Notes under the pieces: generated by a model | The model's database searches: none | Seen by the model: only the letters and a program-made list of their open reading frames with translations | Told to the model about the DNA's origin: nothing | In this document: positions 63,733-64,000 of the stretch, in pieces | Layout: every line of letters starts with the position of its first letter | How positions within the stretch are numbered: the stretch's first letter is position 1 | Program-made: the position numbers and the translations under genes | From: an uncultured Bacteroidota bacterium | GTDB lineage: Bacteria > Bacteroidota > Bacteroidia > Bacteroidales > Bacteroidaceae | Length of the DNA stretch: 64,000 bases | NCBI GenBank assembly: GCA_947168315.1 | Contig: CAMVLL010000002.1 | Location: forward strand, 2,418 to 66,417 | Direction of reading: 5' to 3'

Positions 63733-64000
63733 TTATTTCTGGAAGAATGATGGGTATATTTCATCTTGAATGATACCTTGATCATATAATCTGATCCAAC
63801 TGTGAATCGTTTCCTTATCTTCTTCCATCTCAAAGATACGAGCACCGTTGGGCTTTAGATCGTTATATACGGTGTCGCACCCACTGAATCGTCCATAAAT
63901 GAAGAGCATCTCTTGCCATAAGTGGACGTAGTCATTGTTATGGTCGTGTCCACATATAATAGCTTTGATATCCCCCAGTTCCTTCATCTGGATGAATAGT
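63733..64000 (-). CDS. Metallophosphoesterase (3' part, cut by the window edge)
   Basis: CGHDHNND and GARIFE motifs; frame open to the window end. Confidence 0.8.
   Translation of the reverse strand, partial: LFIQMKELGDIKAIICGHDHNNDYVHLWQEMLFIYGRFSGCDTVYNDLKPNGARIFEMEEDKETIHSWIRLYDQGIIQDEIYPSFFQK

Noticed and set aside
63684-63845. Extended N-terminus of the 354-aa kinase ORF
   Set aside because: Overlaps the phosphoesterase gene and spans the promoter; ATG 63683 is more plausible

Overview
Chromosomal segment of a Bacteroidales bacterium, judged by the SusC/SusD pair, TAnnTTTG promoters and Bacteroides-like housekeeping gene order. It holds about 50 CDS: housekeeping genes (xseAB, ilvE, trmB, mrp, pfp, prmA, rlmH, recA, cdd), several CAZymes (GH16, GH73, two GH2, GH42/GH164-like, GH25), a SusC/D locus with no recognisable hydrolase, a partner-switching signalling operon and a BacNav-family channel. 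No rRNA, tRNA, CRISPR array or transposase was seen. The most interesting region is 58248-63683 (minus strand). It is a RiPP-like cassette (HPr-kinase-like enzyme, soluble Ser/His S26-type peptidase, PqqD/RRE, ABC exporter) followed by a 44-aa YxxP-leader peptide gene missing from the ORF track (60009-60143) and a pilin-like glycine-repeat lipoprotein; no lasso cyclase or radical SAM maturase lies in the cassette. Also notable are a composite element (REP-like hairpin plus 21-bp tandem array) present twice in intergenic DNA and a channel whose filter (TIEGWYE) resembles Ca2+-selective prokaryotic channels. All assignments are by eye from motifs; no searches were run.
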